Origin: a virus
Lineage: Duplodnaviria > Caudoviricetes
DNA: 64,000 nt
Direction: 5' to 3' (one strand)
Virus record (IMG/VR): IMGVR_UViG_3300045243_000058
Span: 1,153-65,152 of that record
Shown here: positions 7,999 to 17,106 of the stretch, piece by piece
How positions within the stretch are numbered: the stretch's first letter is position 1
Layout of the letters: every line of letters starts with the position of its first letter
Program-made: the position numbers and the translations under genes
The notes under the pieces: generated by a model
The model's input: the letters and a program-made list of their open reading frames with translations, nothing else
Database searches by the model: none
What the model was told of the DNA's origin: nothing

Positions 7999-9804
7999 CT
8001 ACTTGGCCTCGTTCCAGGCCCTTTTCGCGGTCGAAGAGGATAGTCCGGCAGCGACGCAGTACTTGATGGCCTCGGCGTAGGTGAGGTCGGGTTTCCGTAC
8101 CTTCTCGTTGCCGATGATGTTGCGGGCCTGGTCGAGTCGGTTGGTCTTGCGGGGCTTGATGAACTGGCCGGCGGGTTCCTCGACCTCCTCGAACTCGGTG
8201 GACGTGACGTTCCCCTGACTCGAGTCGCGGAGGCGCATGTAGAGGGGCTCGTCGCGTTCTGGAGCGAGGCGGCACTTTCCGGTCGAAAGGGAGGCGACCC
8301 GGCCGCCATCGGTCTCGAGACTCTCGACGTTGAGGACGACGTCGGCGGCGGCGGACTTCTCTCCGGAGCCGCGCATCGACTCCTTGCGGCTGCGGACGAC
8401 CCCGGCCATCGGCTTGGCCGGGTGCTCGAGGAGGAGGACGTTGTGGCCGGCGTTGCGGAGCGGGAGGAAGGCGGAGTCCGCCAAGGTGCTCATGTCTTCG
8501 GCGTGGTTCTCGTTCAGGCTGGTGACGCGGCGGAGGGAGTCGATGAACACCCAGGTCGCGGCGTGCTCGTTGGCGAGCGCCATGACGTGCGCGGCCTGCT
8601 TCTCGTCCTCGAGCCGGAGGGCCCGGCCGTCCGGGACGACGAACCGGAGGGCCTCGAGCGTGTCGTTGAGCGTGACACCGTACGCGGCGCAGAGCTTCGG
8701 GAGGCGCTGGAGGATCTGGACGTTCGACTCGCACTCGACGAACAGGATGCGCTGCTCCCCGTAGGTCTGCTGGCGGATGAACGGCTTCTGCGACACCATG
8801 GCGACCGCCCACGACAGCATCAGCCAGGTCTTGAACGAGCCCGAGGAGCCGGACAGGTAGGTGAACGTCTTGTCCCACAGGAAGTCGTCGAGGACCGGCT
8901 TCGGCTCCCAACCGCCTTTCTCGAGGAGCCCGACGACGTCGAGGTCGACGAGACTCGAGCCGGGGACGATCCCCGGGGTGGATGCGACGATGGGGGCCGG
9001 CTTCTTCTCGGGAGGGGGTTCCCTGTCCGCCTCCGTCGGCTTCCAGAGCGGCGTCGCCCCGATGAGTTCCTTCAACTCGTCCGCAGTGTGCCCCGCGTCG
9101 AGCCAGTCCGACACGTCGCCCTTCGGCGGCAGCCCGGGGATCTCGAGAATCCGTATCGACGCCGCGTTGAGCCGGCACGCACGCGCGAGGTCGAGCATGT
9201 GCTTCCGGCCCGGCTCGTCGTTGTCCGGGAGCGGGATGATGTGCCGGCCATCGAAGTGGTGCGTCCAGGCTGGATCCCACTTCGCCCCGGCGCCGCCAAC
9301 GGTCGTCGTGACGACGAACCCGAGGGCGGCGAGCCGGTCGGCGTCCTTCTCCCCCTCGACGAGGAGGACCGCCCGGTTCTTGGGAGCGGCGATGAGCTCC
9401 GGGTATCGGTACAGGAGCTTGCGGCAGCCGTTGAGATTGTTCACCCACTCGCCGTCGGGGCCGCGGCGGCGCTGCGAGAAACCCTTCGGCTCGTAGCGGA
9501 GGACCTGGTGGACTACCTCACCCGCCTCGTCCCGGTAGTCGTAGGTTGCGACGAGGCGCCGGCGCGGTTTCGTCTCACGCGCCGGGGCGATCGTGTCGAA
9601 GAACAGGTCCTTCGGTTCACATTGGACCGCGGTGCAGATGGCCGCGAGCTCACACCCGGCGTGGTCCTTCAGGAGGATCCCCTTGTCGCCAAGGGTGATG
9701 GAGAGGGAGGCTTGCTGATCGTCGTGCGCCGGACACTTCGCGTACCAGTGGTCGCCGGACTGTCGTACTCCCTGGAGCCGCGGCAGGAGGTCGTCGACGG
9801 TCAC
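7999..9804 (-). CDS. Primase-helicase fusion (Zn-binding domain + TOPRIM + AAA_25/RepA-like helicase)
   Basis: CPAHDD...SLSI...HAGC; VEGEKDADRL, PDNDEPG, KGDVSDW; Walker A GSSGSFKT, Walker B FIDSL, RGSG. The likely GTG start at 9804 overlaps the upstream stop. Confidence 0.9.
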   Translation of the reverse strand: MTVDDLLPRLQGVRQSGDHWYAKCPAHDDQQASLSITLGDKGILLKDHAGCELAAICTAVQCEPKDLFFDTIAPARETKPRRRLVATYDYRDEAGEVVHQVLRYEPKGFSQRRRGPDGEWVNNLNGCRKLLYRYPELIAAPKNRAVLLVEGEKDADRLAALGFVVTTTVGGAGAKWDPAWTHHFDGRHIIPLPDNDEPGRKHMLDLARACRLNAASIRILEIPGLPPKGDVSDWLDAGHTADELKELIGATPLWKPTEADREPPPEKKPAPIVASTPGIVPGSSLVDLDVVGLLEKGGWEPKPVLDDFLWDKTFTYLSGSSGSFKTWLMLSWAVAMVSQKPFIRQQTYGEQRILFVECESNVQILQRLPKLCAAYGVTLNDTLEALRFVVPDGRALRLEDEKQAAHVMALANEHAATWVFIDSLRRVTSLNENHAEDMSTLADSAFLPLRNAGHNVLLLEHPAKPMAGVVRSRKESMRGSGEKSAAADVVLNVESLETDGGRVASLSTGKCRLAPERDEPLYMRLRDSSQGNVTSTEFEEVEEPAGQFIKPRKTNRLDQARNIIGNEKVRKPDLTYAEAIKYCVAAGLSSSTAKRAWNEAK

Positions 9805-10016
9805 AAGGCGCCTCTCAGGTCTGCGAGGCAAACTCCGGAAACGTGTTCGCCGGATGTCCCGCAGCACTCGCACCAGTCGCCGGACTCGCCGTCGATGCAG
9901 TCCGGACATTCCTCGTCGTCGTCGATATAGCCGTCGCCGTAGCAGGAGGGGCACTCGCGGAAGTCGCTCGGTTTTCCGTTGCAGAGTCGGCAGGTGAAGA
10001 CTGTTGGCAGCGTCAC
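9801..10016 (-). CDS. Cys-rich Zn-finger protein (DnaJ-like CxxCxGxG repeats)
   Basis: CRLCNG, CPSCYGDG, CPDCIDG, CECCGTSG. Confidence 0.6.
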   Translation of the reverse strand: MTLPTVFTCRLCNGKPSDFRECPSCYGDGYIDDDEECPDCIDGESGDWCECCGTSGEHVSGVCLADLRGAL

Positions 10017-10154
10017 GGATGACGCTCCGATCGCGCCTGTCTCACTGGGGTTCCCCTTTCCCGGCACTGGCGGGGCCCTCTCTCGACCCGGGGGGATTCC
10101 AGGACGCGGGGCCCCGCCGCGCACCGACGCGACCGTCGTCGCGCACGGCGCCGA

Positions 10155-10289
10155 CTTGTACGCCTGTGTCGGAATCGTGTCAACGTCACACCCTCGGGAA
10201 AGATCCGTGCCGCGGCATGGCGCGACCGTTGCACGCGGAAAAAAATCTCGCCGACTCTCTTGACACGGCGGAACGAACGGCGCGAGAGT
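10155..10289. promoter_or_regulatory. Divergent promoter pair
   Basis: Minus strand TTGACA(10183-10178)-17-TACAAG; plus strand TTGACA(10260-10265)-18-GAGAGT with an upstream A-tract; sits at the strand switch. Confidence 0.55.
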
Positions 10290-10339
10290 CCGTGGCGCAA
10301 CGGTCGCCGGCCGCACCGGCGTACACGGAGGGAACGAAC

Positions 10340-10585
10340 ATGAAAGCCGATTTCAAGATCGCCGCCGACCTCACGATCTCCATGCAGCCCGACAAGCCGA
10401 ACGAACTCGTCACCCTGACAATCCGCTCCGGGGTGTGCGACGGCACCCACCACCCCGCCGCGGACGTGCGCGAAGGGCTGCTCGGGCCGATGTGTACGCA
10501 CATGGCCGAGGAGCACATCTCCCTGTCGAAGTCCACCGCCCGCGCCATCGCCTCGGCAATGATGGGCTGCGCGGCGGAGTTGTAG
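10340..10585 (+). CDS. Hypothetical protein
   Basis: GGAGGG SD; high GC3. Confidence 0.7.
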   Translation: MKADFKIAADLTISMQPDKPNELVTLTIRSGVCDGTHHPAADVREGLLGPMCTHMAEEHISLSKSTARAIASAMMGCAAEL

Positions 10586-10586
10586 G

Positions 10587-10817
10587 GTGAGCGGCGAAGT
10601 TGTTCATCTCGAAGATCGCGACCCGCGTCTCCTGTGGTGGACCGGACCCGTCATGTGCGTCCGCTGCGGAAAGCGTATTCAACTCGTGGCCCCATTCGAG
10701 AAGGAGAAGTGCTCCTGCGAGATCATCAATGGAGACTGCGACTGCGGCGGTCTGCTCGTGAAGATGGTTCCGTGCGAGCGCCCCTGGGTCACGAGGGAAG
10801 GAGGCCACAGGGCATGA
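10587..10817 (+). CDS. Zn-ribbon protein
   Basis: CVRCG...CDCGG. Confidence 0.6.
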   Translation: MSGEVVHLEDRDPRLLWWTGPVMCVRCGKRIQLVAPFEKEKCSCEIINGDCDCGGLLVKMVPCERPWVTREGGHRA

Positions 10818-10993
10818 CCCTCCGCGACCTCCTGAGAATCCCGGGGCACAAGGTCCGCCTGCGCTGGTCGGAGACGGGGACGATCTACCGCAGAGAGGAC
10901 GCGCACCGGCATCAGCTCACCAAGGCCCAGAAGAAGCGGATGCGGCGCACGCGGACGAGGGCGCGGCTCCTCGCGAACGGGAGGCTCTCCTAA
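10814..10993 (+). CDS. Small basic protein
   Basis: AAGGAGG SD; ATGA overlap. Confidence 0.55.
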   Translation: MTLRDLLRIPGHKVRLRWSETGTIYRREDAHRHQLTKAQKKRMRRTRTRARLLANGRLS

Positions 10994-11430
10994 TGGGTTA
11001 CTTCGTCCACCCGGACGGCCGCATCGAGGCGGCGACAGTCGAAGAAGCCGTCGAACTCGCGCGTCATTTGTCGGGGCAGGCGCCCGCCCCGAAGCGCGCC
11101 TACGCGAAGCGCACCGTAGCCTCCATGCCGTCCAACGGCGGCGCCCCGAAGACCTCTGTGCTCCGCAGCGCGCACGATGGAGTCCAGGTGCCGCGCACCG
11201 CCGAGACGCTGACCGGGGCGGACCTGGTCGCGTACCGCCAGCGATGGAAGATCGCGCAGAACAAGGCCGCTACGCTCATGGGCTTCAGCAACTCCGGTTG
11301 GGTGTCGCAGGCGGAGAGTAACGCGAAGGGGCCGTTGCCGCCGAGGATGGCGGCGTGGCTGCGCGTGCAGATCAAGGCGGAGAAGGAAGGAACGGGGCCG
11401 AGTCCCGTCCGGCAGGGAGCAATCCCATGA
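10993..11430 (+). CDS. XRE-like helix-turn-helix regulator
   Basis: LTGADLVAYRQRWKIAQNKAATLMGFS...VSQAES. Confidence 0.7.
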   Translation: MGYFVHPDGRIEAATVEEAVELARHLSGQAPAPKRAYAKRTVASMPSNGGAPKTSVLRSAHDGVQVPRTAETLTGADLVAYRQRWKIAQNKAATLMGFSNSGWVSQAESNAKGPLPPRMAAWLRVQIKAEKEGTGPSPVRQGAIP

Positions 11431-12026
11431 ACCTCCTCGACCTCACCGAAGCCTGGACCGACATCCGCGGGCACCTGCCGCTCCTCTACGCGATCGCGCG
11501 CTTCCTTCCCGTGCGCCTCGGGCTCGAGATCGGCGTGCGCGACGGCAACTCGACGCTCGCGATACTCATGGGCCTAGCGGCACAGGAGGATCCCGGGACG
11601 CTCATCAGCGTCGATCCGGACGAGTGCGCCAAGGCGAAGGAACGCATCCTCGGAACGATTCTCGCGCGCCACTGGATCTTCCGGCAGCAGAGGAGCGCTG
11701 CGTGTCGGCACTCGGACCTGACGCTCTCCGGGCCGATCGACCTCCTCCTCATCGACGGCTCGCACGACCTCGCCGACGTGAACGCCGACTGGCTCCTCTG
11801 GGGGCCGCTCGTCCGGAACGGCGGTCTCATCCTGTTCCACGACACCGAGACGTACGACGGGCCGCGGGAAGTCGTCGCGCGGATCCCGCGCGGCCCGGAT
11901 CTGTTCGAGGTGTGCACGCTCCCGTACGACCACGGCATGACGATCGCGCGGAAGCGGTGCGACTACTGGTTCGAGGGTGATTTCTACAAGACGTGGAAAC
12001 CGATAGGAGCATCCGATGGAAATTAG
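11427..12026 (+). CDS. Class I SAM-dependent methyltransferase (Methyltransf_24-like)
   Basis: LEIGVRDGNST, ISVD, IDLLLIDGSH, GGLILFHD. Confidence 0.85.
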   Translation: MNLLDLTEAWTDIRGHLPLLYAIARFLPVRLGLEIGVRDGNSTLAILMGLAAQEDPGTLISVDPDECAKAKERILGTILARHWIFRQQRSAACRHSDLTLSGPIDLLLIDGSHDLADVNADWLLWGPLVRNGGLILFHDTETYDGPREVVARIPRGPDLFEVCTLPYDHGMTIARKRCDYWFEGDFYKTWKPIGASDGN

Positions 12027-12237
12027 AACCTGCGCCGAGCCGACGTGCGCGAAGCAGTTCGTCCTGCTCAGGTCCGTCCGCCAGCCAGGGAAGTTCGTCC
12101 CCGTCGATATCGACACCGCGACGAGCGACGAGATCAACGCGGAGGACACGGAGTACGATGGCGGCCGGGGCCACAAGAACCATTACCTCACCTGCACCAA
12201 CCCGGGGCGATTCAAATCGCAGATGCACGGGCGATGA
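12016..12237 (+). CDS. Small Cys/His protein
   Basis: C....C ... GKFVPVD ... HYLTC, resembling a common phage family; AGGAG SD. Confidence 0.65.
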   Translation: MEIRTCAEPTCAKQFVLLRSVRQPGKFVPVDIDTATSDEINAEDTEYDGGRGHKNHYLTCTNPGRFKSQMHGR

Positions 12238-12437
12238 CGATTCGATCCGTCCTTGAGGCCCACGACTTCTTCTTCAACCTCCGCGCCGACGCGGTGCACT
12301 TCAACATCGTCCGCCCGTTCGACGGTTCGCGCCCCTGCGTCGTCTGCGGCACCGAGTACGACCCGTCGGAAGTGAAACGTGACATGCGACTGTGCCCGGC
12401 CCACAGAGCCGTGGCGAGAAGGGAGAAGGAATCGTGA
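12234..12437 (+). CDS. Zn-finger protein
   Basis: CVVCG...CPAH; ATGA overlap. Confidence 0.55.
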   Translation: MTIRSVLEAHDFFFNLRADAVHFNIVRPFDGSRPCVVCGTEYDPSEVKRDMRLCPAHRAVARREKES

Positions 12438-12886
12438 TGGTACGAGGGTGGACCTGTCCGAAGTGCGGCCGTATCTGGTCTCCGCTTATCGACGGATGCC
12501 AGGTCTGCAACGGCGCCGCGGAATTGAGAGCAGCGGTACGCCTGGCGAACGACGGCGCCGCGATTGACGCGACCGGGTTCATGACGGCGAAGGCTCCGCT
12601 CGGGTGCGGCGGAATCATCCCCCCGCAGCCCTTCCAGTACGACTTTCAACAGGTGAGGTCCACCGACGACTGCTGCGCCTTCTCCGGAGCGTTCACCTGT
12701 CGCGTGCACGGTCTCGTCGAGGAGGCCCGCCACTTCACCGCTCCGGACTCGTACATCCCCCACTGTCCCGCGTGCCACAACTGGTACGGGCAAGTCCCTG
12801 GGATCGTGAGTTACAGTGGCGCGCTCCCGATCTTCGTTCACCCGCCCGAGGACATCGCCAAGGGCCGGAAGGCGTGGCCGGGATGA
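12437..12886 (+). CDS. Cys-rich hypothetical protein
   Basis: GWTCPKCGRIWSP...C..C N-terminal module plus CPAC. Confidence 0.6.
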   Translation: MVRGWTCPKCGRIWSPLIDGCQVCNGAAELRAAVRLANDGAAIDATGFMTAKAPLGCGGIIPPQPFQYDFQQVRSTDDCCAFSGAFTCRVHGLVEEARHFTAPDSYIPHCPACHNWYGQVPGIVSYSGALPIFVHPPEDIAKGRKAWPG

Positions 12887-13158
12887 GTCGTGGAAAACGT
12901 GGCACCTCGCGCCCGCACCCGCGCTACAACGGGAAGGTGCTCGTCGGGTTCTACATTCCGGTCGACATGTACTCCTGGCTCGTCGCCCAAGCCGGGCTGC
13001 GCGGCTGCTCGCTCGTGCAGATCGTCCGCGACGTGATCCGCATCCGCATGGACGAGGTCGAGAAGAACAAGGCGCGCGGCGTCACCTCGACGATCTCGCG
13101 CGGCGTCCAGTCCGTAACCGCCCGGCTCGACGCGCCAATCCCGGAGGAGCTCCCGTGA
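12883..13158 (+). CDS. Ribbon-helix-helix DNA-binding protein
   Basis: KVLVGFYIPVDMYSWLVAQAGLRGCSLVQIVRDVI fits the RHH strand-helix-helix pattern. Confidence 0.65.
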   Translation: MSRGKRGTSRPHPRYNGKVLVGFYIPVDMYSWLVAQAGLRGCSLVQIVRDVIRIRMDEVEKNKARGVTSTISRGVQSVTARLDAPIPEELP

Positions 13159-13400
13159 TGCCCGACAAGACCGAAGAGGAGGAAGCGCCCGAACGCCTGA
13201 TCTTCGGCGACGATCACCTCCTGAAGGCGTCGGTGTACTTCCTCTGCTGGATTTGCTCAGAGGAGCACAACATCGAGATCATGTTCCATCCGATCGTCGG
13301 CGGGTGCGCGCTCCGAAAGACGAAGCCGATCGTCTTCCCATGTGGACGAAAGAGCGTTATGCTCATCGGCGTGAGCGACGGGACGTCGGGCGTCCACTGA
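13158..13400 (+). CDS. Hypothetical protein
   Basis: GGAGGAG SD; CWIC. Confidence 0.55.
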   Translation: MPDKTEEEEAPERLIFGDDHLLKASVYFLCWICSEEHNIEIMFHPIVGGCALRKTKPIVFPCGRKSVMLIGVSDGTSGVH

Positions 13401-13574
13401 TGCGACTCGCCAATCAGACCCAGGAGGCCGCCCGCAGGCGCCCCAAGGGGAACGACGGACACCGCATGACCTTCTCGACCCGCATGGCCCGTGGCCCGAA
13501 AGAGCCCGCCGTCTTCCGCTGCGTCGGCTGCCGCGCCCTCGTCGACGCCGGGATGTACTGCGAGTCCTGCCTCA

Positions 13575-15284
13575 ATGGCCCGGTCAGCCGCTAGCCAGGC
13601 CGCGCGCGAGCGACTCTCCCCGCAAGAGCAGGCGGACAAGACCCTCTTCGACAAGGACCCGTGGTGGGCCATCGAGCAGGGACTCGTCTGGACCGAGGAC
13701 GAGCACGCCGCCGCCGGCGAGTCCGCGCGCAAGCAGTTCCCGAAGGACGACTACCTGCGCACGATCGTCGAAATCTACATGAAGAGCGACATCGGCATCG
13801 TGATGAAAGCCCGCCAGTTGAAGATGACGTGGCTCTTCTGCTGGCTGTGGCTTCACGAGGCGATCACGAAGCCCGGATCCCTGTGCGTCCTCCAGGGGAA
13901 GCGGGAAGAGGACATCGTCGCGAAGGGGACGAAGGGGCTCATGGGCCGGGTTAAGTTCATGCGCCGGAACCTGCCGCCCCACCTGCAACCGCACATCCTC
14001 GACGAGCCGTCGAAGTCGACGGAGGTCTACTCGCACGACTTCGGCATGAGCTCGACCCTGATGGCGATCCCGCAGGGGGAAGACATCATCCGGTCGCTCA
14101 CCGCGAGCCGGGTGTTCATGGACGAGCTGGCGTTCCACCCGAACGGCGAGCGCGCGTGGACCGCGGCGCTCCCGACCGTCCGGGGCGGCGGCAAGTTGTG
14201 GGGCGTGACCACCCCGAACGGTCGCGAGTTCTGCTACCTCCAGGCCGACGACCGGCTGAAGTGGGAAAACTGGCGCGAGTGGCCGATGGCGATGGAAGGG
14301 CTCTACGGGTACACGAACACGAACAGCGTGCAGTTGCTCGCGCTCCACTACACGGCGGACGCGGCGAAGCGTTCGTACGACTACCAGGACAACCTTCGGC
14401 GCGGGTACACGAACGTCAAGTACTACCGGCAGGAGAACGAGCTCGACTTCTCCGTCGAGGCGGGCGACCCCGTGTTCCCGGAGTTCACGCGCACGAGTCA
14501 CCTCCTCAAGTCGCGGTACGTCGTCAACCCGATGGCGCCTATCTACCGCGGGTGGGACTTCGGGTACAACGGCCAGGCGTGCGTTTTCCTTCAGCACAAC
14601 TCCCGCGGCCAACTCGTCTGGTTCGACACCGTGTTCTTCCAGGGCAAGGCGCTCTCCCTCGTCTGCCAGGAAGTCATCCGGCGCACGCTTCAGCACGCCG
14701 GACTCGCTCACGAGAAGGGGTACATGGAGGTCATCCCGCAGCCGCTTCGGGATCTCGAGGGGCACCCGATCGACAACATCCGCTTGGCGACGCCGGTCAT
14801 CGGCGGGAGCGGGCTCCTCGTGTTTGACTACGGCGACCCGGCGGCCGACGCGAAGAACCGGGAGGGCACGACCGACCGCGACACGCTGTCACGGTTCGGG
14901 ATGCAGTTGATGACGAAGCCGACCCAGAACCGGAAGCGCGACATCATCGAACAGGTGCGCGACCTCCTCCTCCTCCGGAGCGACGGAGCGCCGGGTCTCC
15001 TCGTGTGCGAGGGCCCGAACGTCGAGCAGCGGTACTCGGTCTCCGGGTTCGAGGGCGGCTACCACTACCCGGAGAAGTACCAGGGCCGGGCCGACAAGAT
15101 GCTGCCGCAGAAGGACGGGTTCTACGATCACATCTTCGACGCGCTCCAGTACTGCATCGACCACGTCAAGCCGATTCGCCCGGGCGTCGCCGGCGACGAG
15201 TCGGGAGACGGCGGCTGGAAGGCGACGGAGTGGTTCGACAACCCGCTCCAAGGTGGCGGTGACGGCGACGGGGTGATCCGGTGA
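13575..15284 (+). CDS. terL: Terminase large subunit
   Basis: KARQLKMTW Walker A, FMDELAF Walker B, VTTPNG coupling motif, nuclease motifs GWDFG, GDPA and DHIFDALQY. Confidence 0.92.
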   Translation: MARSAASQAARERLSPQEQADKTLFDKDPWWAIEQGLVWTEDEHAAAGESARKQFPKDDYLRTIVEIYMKSDIGIVMKARQLKMTWLFCWLWLHEAITKPGSLCVLQGKREEDIVAKGTKGLMGRVKFMRRNLPPHLQPHILDEPSKSTEVYSHDFGMSSTLMAIPQGEDIIRSLTASRVFMDELAFHPNGERAWTAALPTVRGGGKLWGVTTPNGREFCYLQADDRLKWENWREWPMAMEGLYGYTNTNSVQLLALHYTADAAKRSYDYQDNLRRGYTNVKYYRQENELDFSVEAGDPVFPEFTRTSHLLKSRYVVNPMAPIYRGWDFGYNGQACVFLQHNSRGQLVWFDTVFFQGKALSLVCQEVIRRTLQHAGLAHEKGYMEVIPQPLRDLEGHPIDNIRLATPVIGGSGLLVFDYGDPAADAKNREGTTDRDTLSRFGMQLMTKPTQNRKRDIIEQVRDLLLLRSDGAPGLLVCEGPNVEQRYSVSGFEGGYHYPEKYQGRADKMLPQKDGFYDHIFDALQYCIDHVKPIRPGVAGDESGDGGWKATEWFDNPLQGGGDGDGVIR

Positions 15285-15634
15285 GGAAGATGACCGCGGC
15301 CGCGCGCAACCGCAACGACGGCAAGGTGACGTCCGAGAGATACCGCACCGGGAAGCGGTGGCGGATGGCGGCGGGCGGAGGCACGAAGAAAGCGGTCGCT
15401 CGCAGGAGCGCCGAATGGAACCGCCTTAAGCGCCTCATCGCCGCGACGGACCACATCGCGCCGTACATTCCGGTGAGCCACTTCCGCGACTACACGAAGT
15501 ACCGGGACGCCGTCGCCGTCGTGCGCGCCTACGTCAAGGGCGTCATCATGACGCTCGACCGGGACCTCCTCGTCCGGCCCGCGACGGACAAGTACAGGAA
15601 GCACGACAACGGGTTTCGCCCGAAGGCGGCTTGA
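15281..15634 (+). CDS. Hypothetical basic protein
   Basis: GTGA overlap with terL; high GC3. Confidence 0.6.
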   Translation: MRKMTAAARNRNDGKVTSERYRTGKRWRMAAGGGTKKAVARRSAEWNRLKRLIAATDHIAPYIPVSHFRDYTKYRDAVAVVRAYVKGVIMTLDRDLLVRPATDKYRKHDNGFRPKAA

Positions 15635-15659
15635 CACCGCGCCCGCCCGGGTCTACGTT
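15631..15659 (+). promoter_or_regulatory. Promoter TTGACA-17-TACGTT
   Basis: Consensus -35 and 17-bp spacer, upstream of a GGAGG-ATG gene start. Confidence 0.75.
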
Positions 15660-15704
15660 CCACCACGCAAAGGGTCATCGACCCACGACACGGAGGATTC
15701 CAAC

Positions 15705-15962
15705 ATGCCCGCAGGATCGAAGATCGCCGACGCGACCAGCCCGAACACGGGTCCCTACGAGGCGCCCTCCGTCGAAGGTTCCGGCGAAGGTGCCCTGCCA
15801 GGCGTGGAACTGGGCGCGCGCCCTTCCTCGAACAACGGCACGTTCGAGAACGGCGTCGCGAGCATCGGGAACTATCCGCACAGTCCGGCGGACCCGGAAC
15901 TCGGCGGCCCCCCGCTCGCGTCCCCGGCCACCCAGGCGACCGCGGCAGGCCAGCAGAAGTAG
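15705..15962 (+). CDS. Low-complexity Gly/Pro-rich protein
   Basis: GGAGG SD; first gene after the promoter. Confidence 0.7.
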   Translation: MPAGSKIADATSPNTGPYEAPSVEGSGEGALPGVELGARPSSNNGTFENGVASIGNYPHSPADPELGGPPLASPATQATAAGQQK

Positions 15963-15968
15963 GTCGCC

Positions 15969-16340
15969 ATGGCGAAGGACAGACCCAACCCAGGGCAGGG
16001 ACCGGACCCCGCGTCTCGCGGGGCGATGGAGCAGCCGGGCGAGATGGAGCGTCTCGACCCGGAGCTCGCCGCGCTCGCGAACGTCCAACGGCCGGTCGAC
16101 GACGTCTACACGAACGACCAATACAACGAGTCCTGTGACCAGATGGGCTATGGGACCGTGAGCGTCGCCGGCGGGATGAACGACCCGCCCAAGGACCCGC
16201 CCGTCAGCGAGGCGCAGCGCCGGGCGATGTTCGCCGCGAAGGCCGGACACTCGACGCTCGGCATCCCGCAGAAGGTCGGAGCCGAGTTCGCCGACGCGGA
16301 CAAGGGCGGCCACCTGCCGGCGCGGAAGGGAAAGAAGTGA
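15969..16340 (+). CDS. Head-module protein with [11 protein letters not shown]...[10 protein letters not shown] domain
   Basis: The C-terminal motif resembles a small family often found near terminase/portal genes of podophages. Confidence 0.7.
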   Translation: MAKDRPNPGQGPDPASRGAMEQPGEMERLDPELAALANVQRPVDDVYTNDQYNESCDQMGYGTVSVAGGMNDPPKDPPVSEAQRRAMFAAKAGHSTLGIPQKVGAEFADADKGGHLPARKGKK

Positions 16341-16561
16341 AAGACGTCTGCGTCTGCTACCGCACCGGGAACGTCGTAGTCCCGGCGCAGCGGTGTCCGG
16401 TGCACGGCGGTCTCACGCGCGTCGGCGACCCGCACTTCTATCTCGCGACCTGCATCGACTGCGGACGCCAGGGAGGCGTGCACTACCTGACGTGTCGCTT
16501 CGTCCCCGTTCAGGAGATCATCGACTCCGCGTGCGCTCCCGAGGTGCACGCCACTCCGTAG
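16337..16561 (+). CDS. Cys/His-rich small protein
   Basis: CVC...CPVHG, CIDCG...H...C. Confidence 0.5.
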   Translation: MKDVCVCYRTGNVVVPAQRCPVHGGLTRVGDPHFYLATCIDCGRQGGVHYLTCRFVPVQEIIDSACAPEVHATP

Positions 16562-16572
16562 AAAGGGCCTCC

Positions 16573-17106
16573 ATGCCCCGCTGGAAAATCGAGTTCGAGC
16601 ACAACTGGGAGCCGCGCAAGCGCGACATGGGCAACGCCCAGATCCGCAAGTGGCTCGCGAACATGGGCGGCGTGAGCGGCATCGACAAGGTCCAGATGAT
16701 CCTCATGGACCCGCTCGAGAACGAGGCGACCCCGAAGCGCAAGCTCCTCCGCCTGACGTGCAACTTCTTCCCGAAGAAGACTCTCGCCCGCTGCGGTCAC
16801 GTCTGGGAGTCGGAGACCTTCTCGGACTGCCCGGTCGGCGGCAAGGCGCACCGCACCGGCGTCGTGAAACTCGCCGTCGAGGAGTACGCCAGTCATCCTC
16901 TGTCCGAAGGGCCTCTGCCGCAGAAGGCAGAGCCGGCCACGCCGAAGTCGGCGCCGCCGCCGCCCGTCACGGTCATCGAGCCGGAACACCGCGTCGAACC
17001 GACTCCCGAGACAGCACCCGGGACCCCCGAGGATGCGCTGCCGCCCGCCGTCGTCAGTCAGCGCCGGCAAGAGTTCGAGGATAGCGGGTCGCTGCCGAAT
17101 TACTGA
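16573..17106 (+). CDS. Hypothetical protein
   Basis: High GC3; stop overlaps the portal ATG. Confidence 0.7.
   Translation: MPRWKIEFEHNWEPRKRDMGNAQIRKWLANMGGVSGIDKVQMILMDPLENEATPKRKLLRLTCNFFPKKTLARCGHVWESETFSDCPVGGKAHRTGVVKLAVEEYASHPLSEGPLPQKAEPATPKSAPPPPVTVIEPEHRVEPTPETAPGTPEDALPPAVVSQRRQEFEDSGSLPNY

Noticed and set aside
10040-10155. GC-rich hairpins (GGCGGGGCCC...GGGGCCCCGCC) in the primase operon leader, as a riboswitch or ncRNA
   Set aside because: The pairing is real but matches no RNA family I recognise and is unsurprising at this GC content; it would need covariation evidence.
13491-13574. N-terminal extensions given by the ORF track (terL from 13491, primase from 9954, nozzle from 29347, last spike from 53509)
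   Set aside because: The extensions overlap upstream genes and read as off-frame sequence; downstream starts with SDs or stop/start overlaps fit better.
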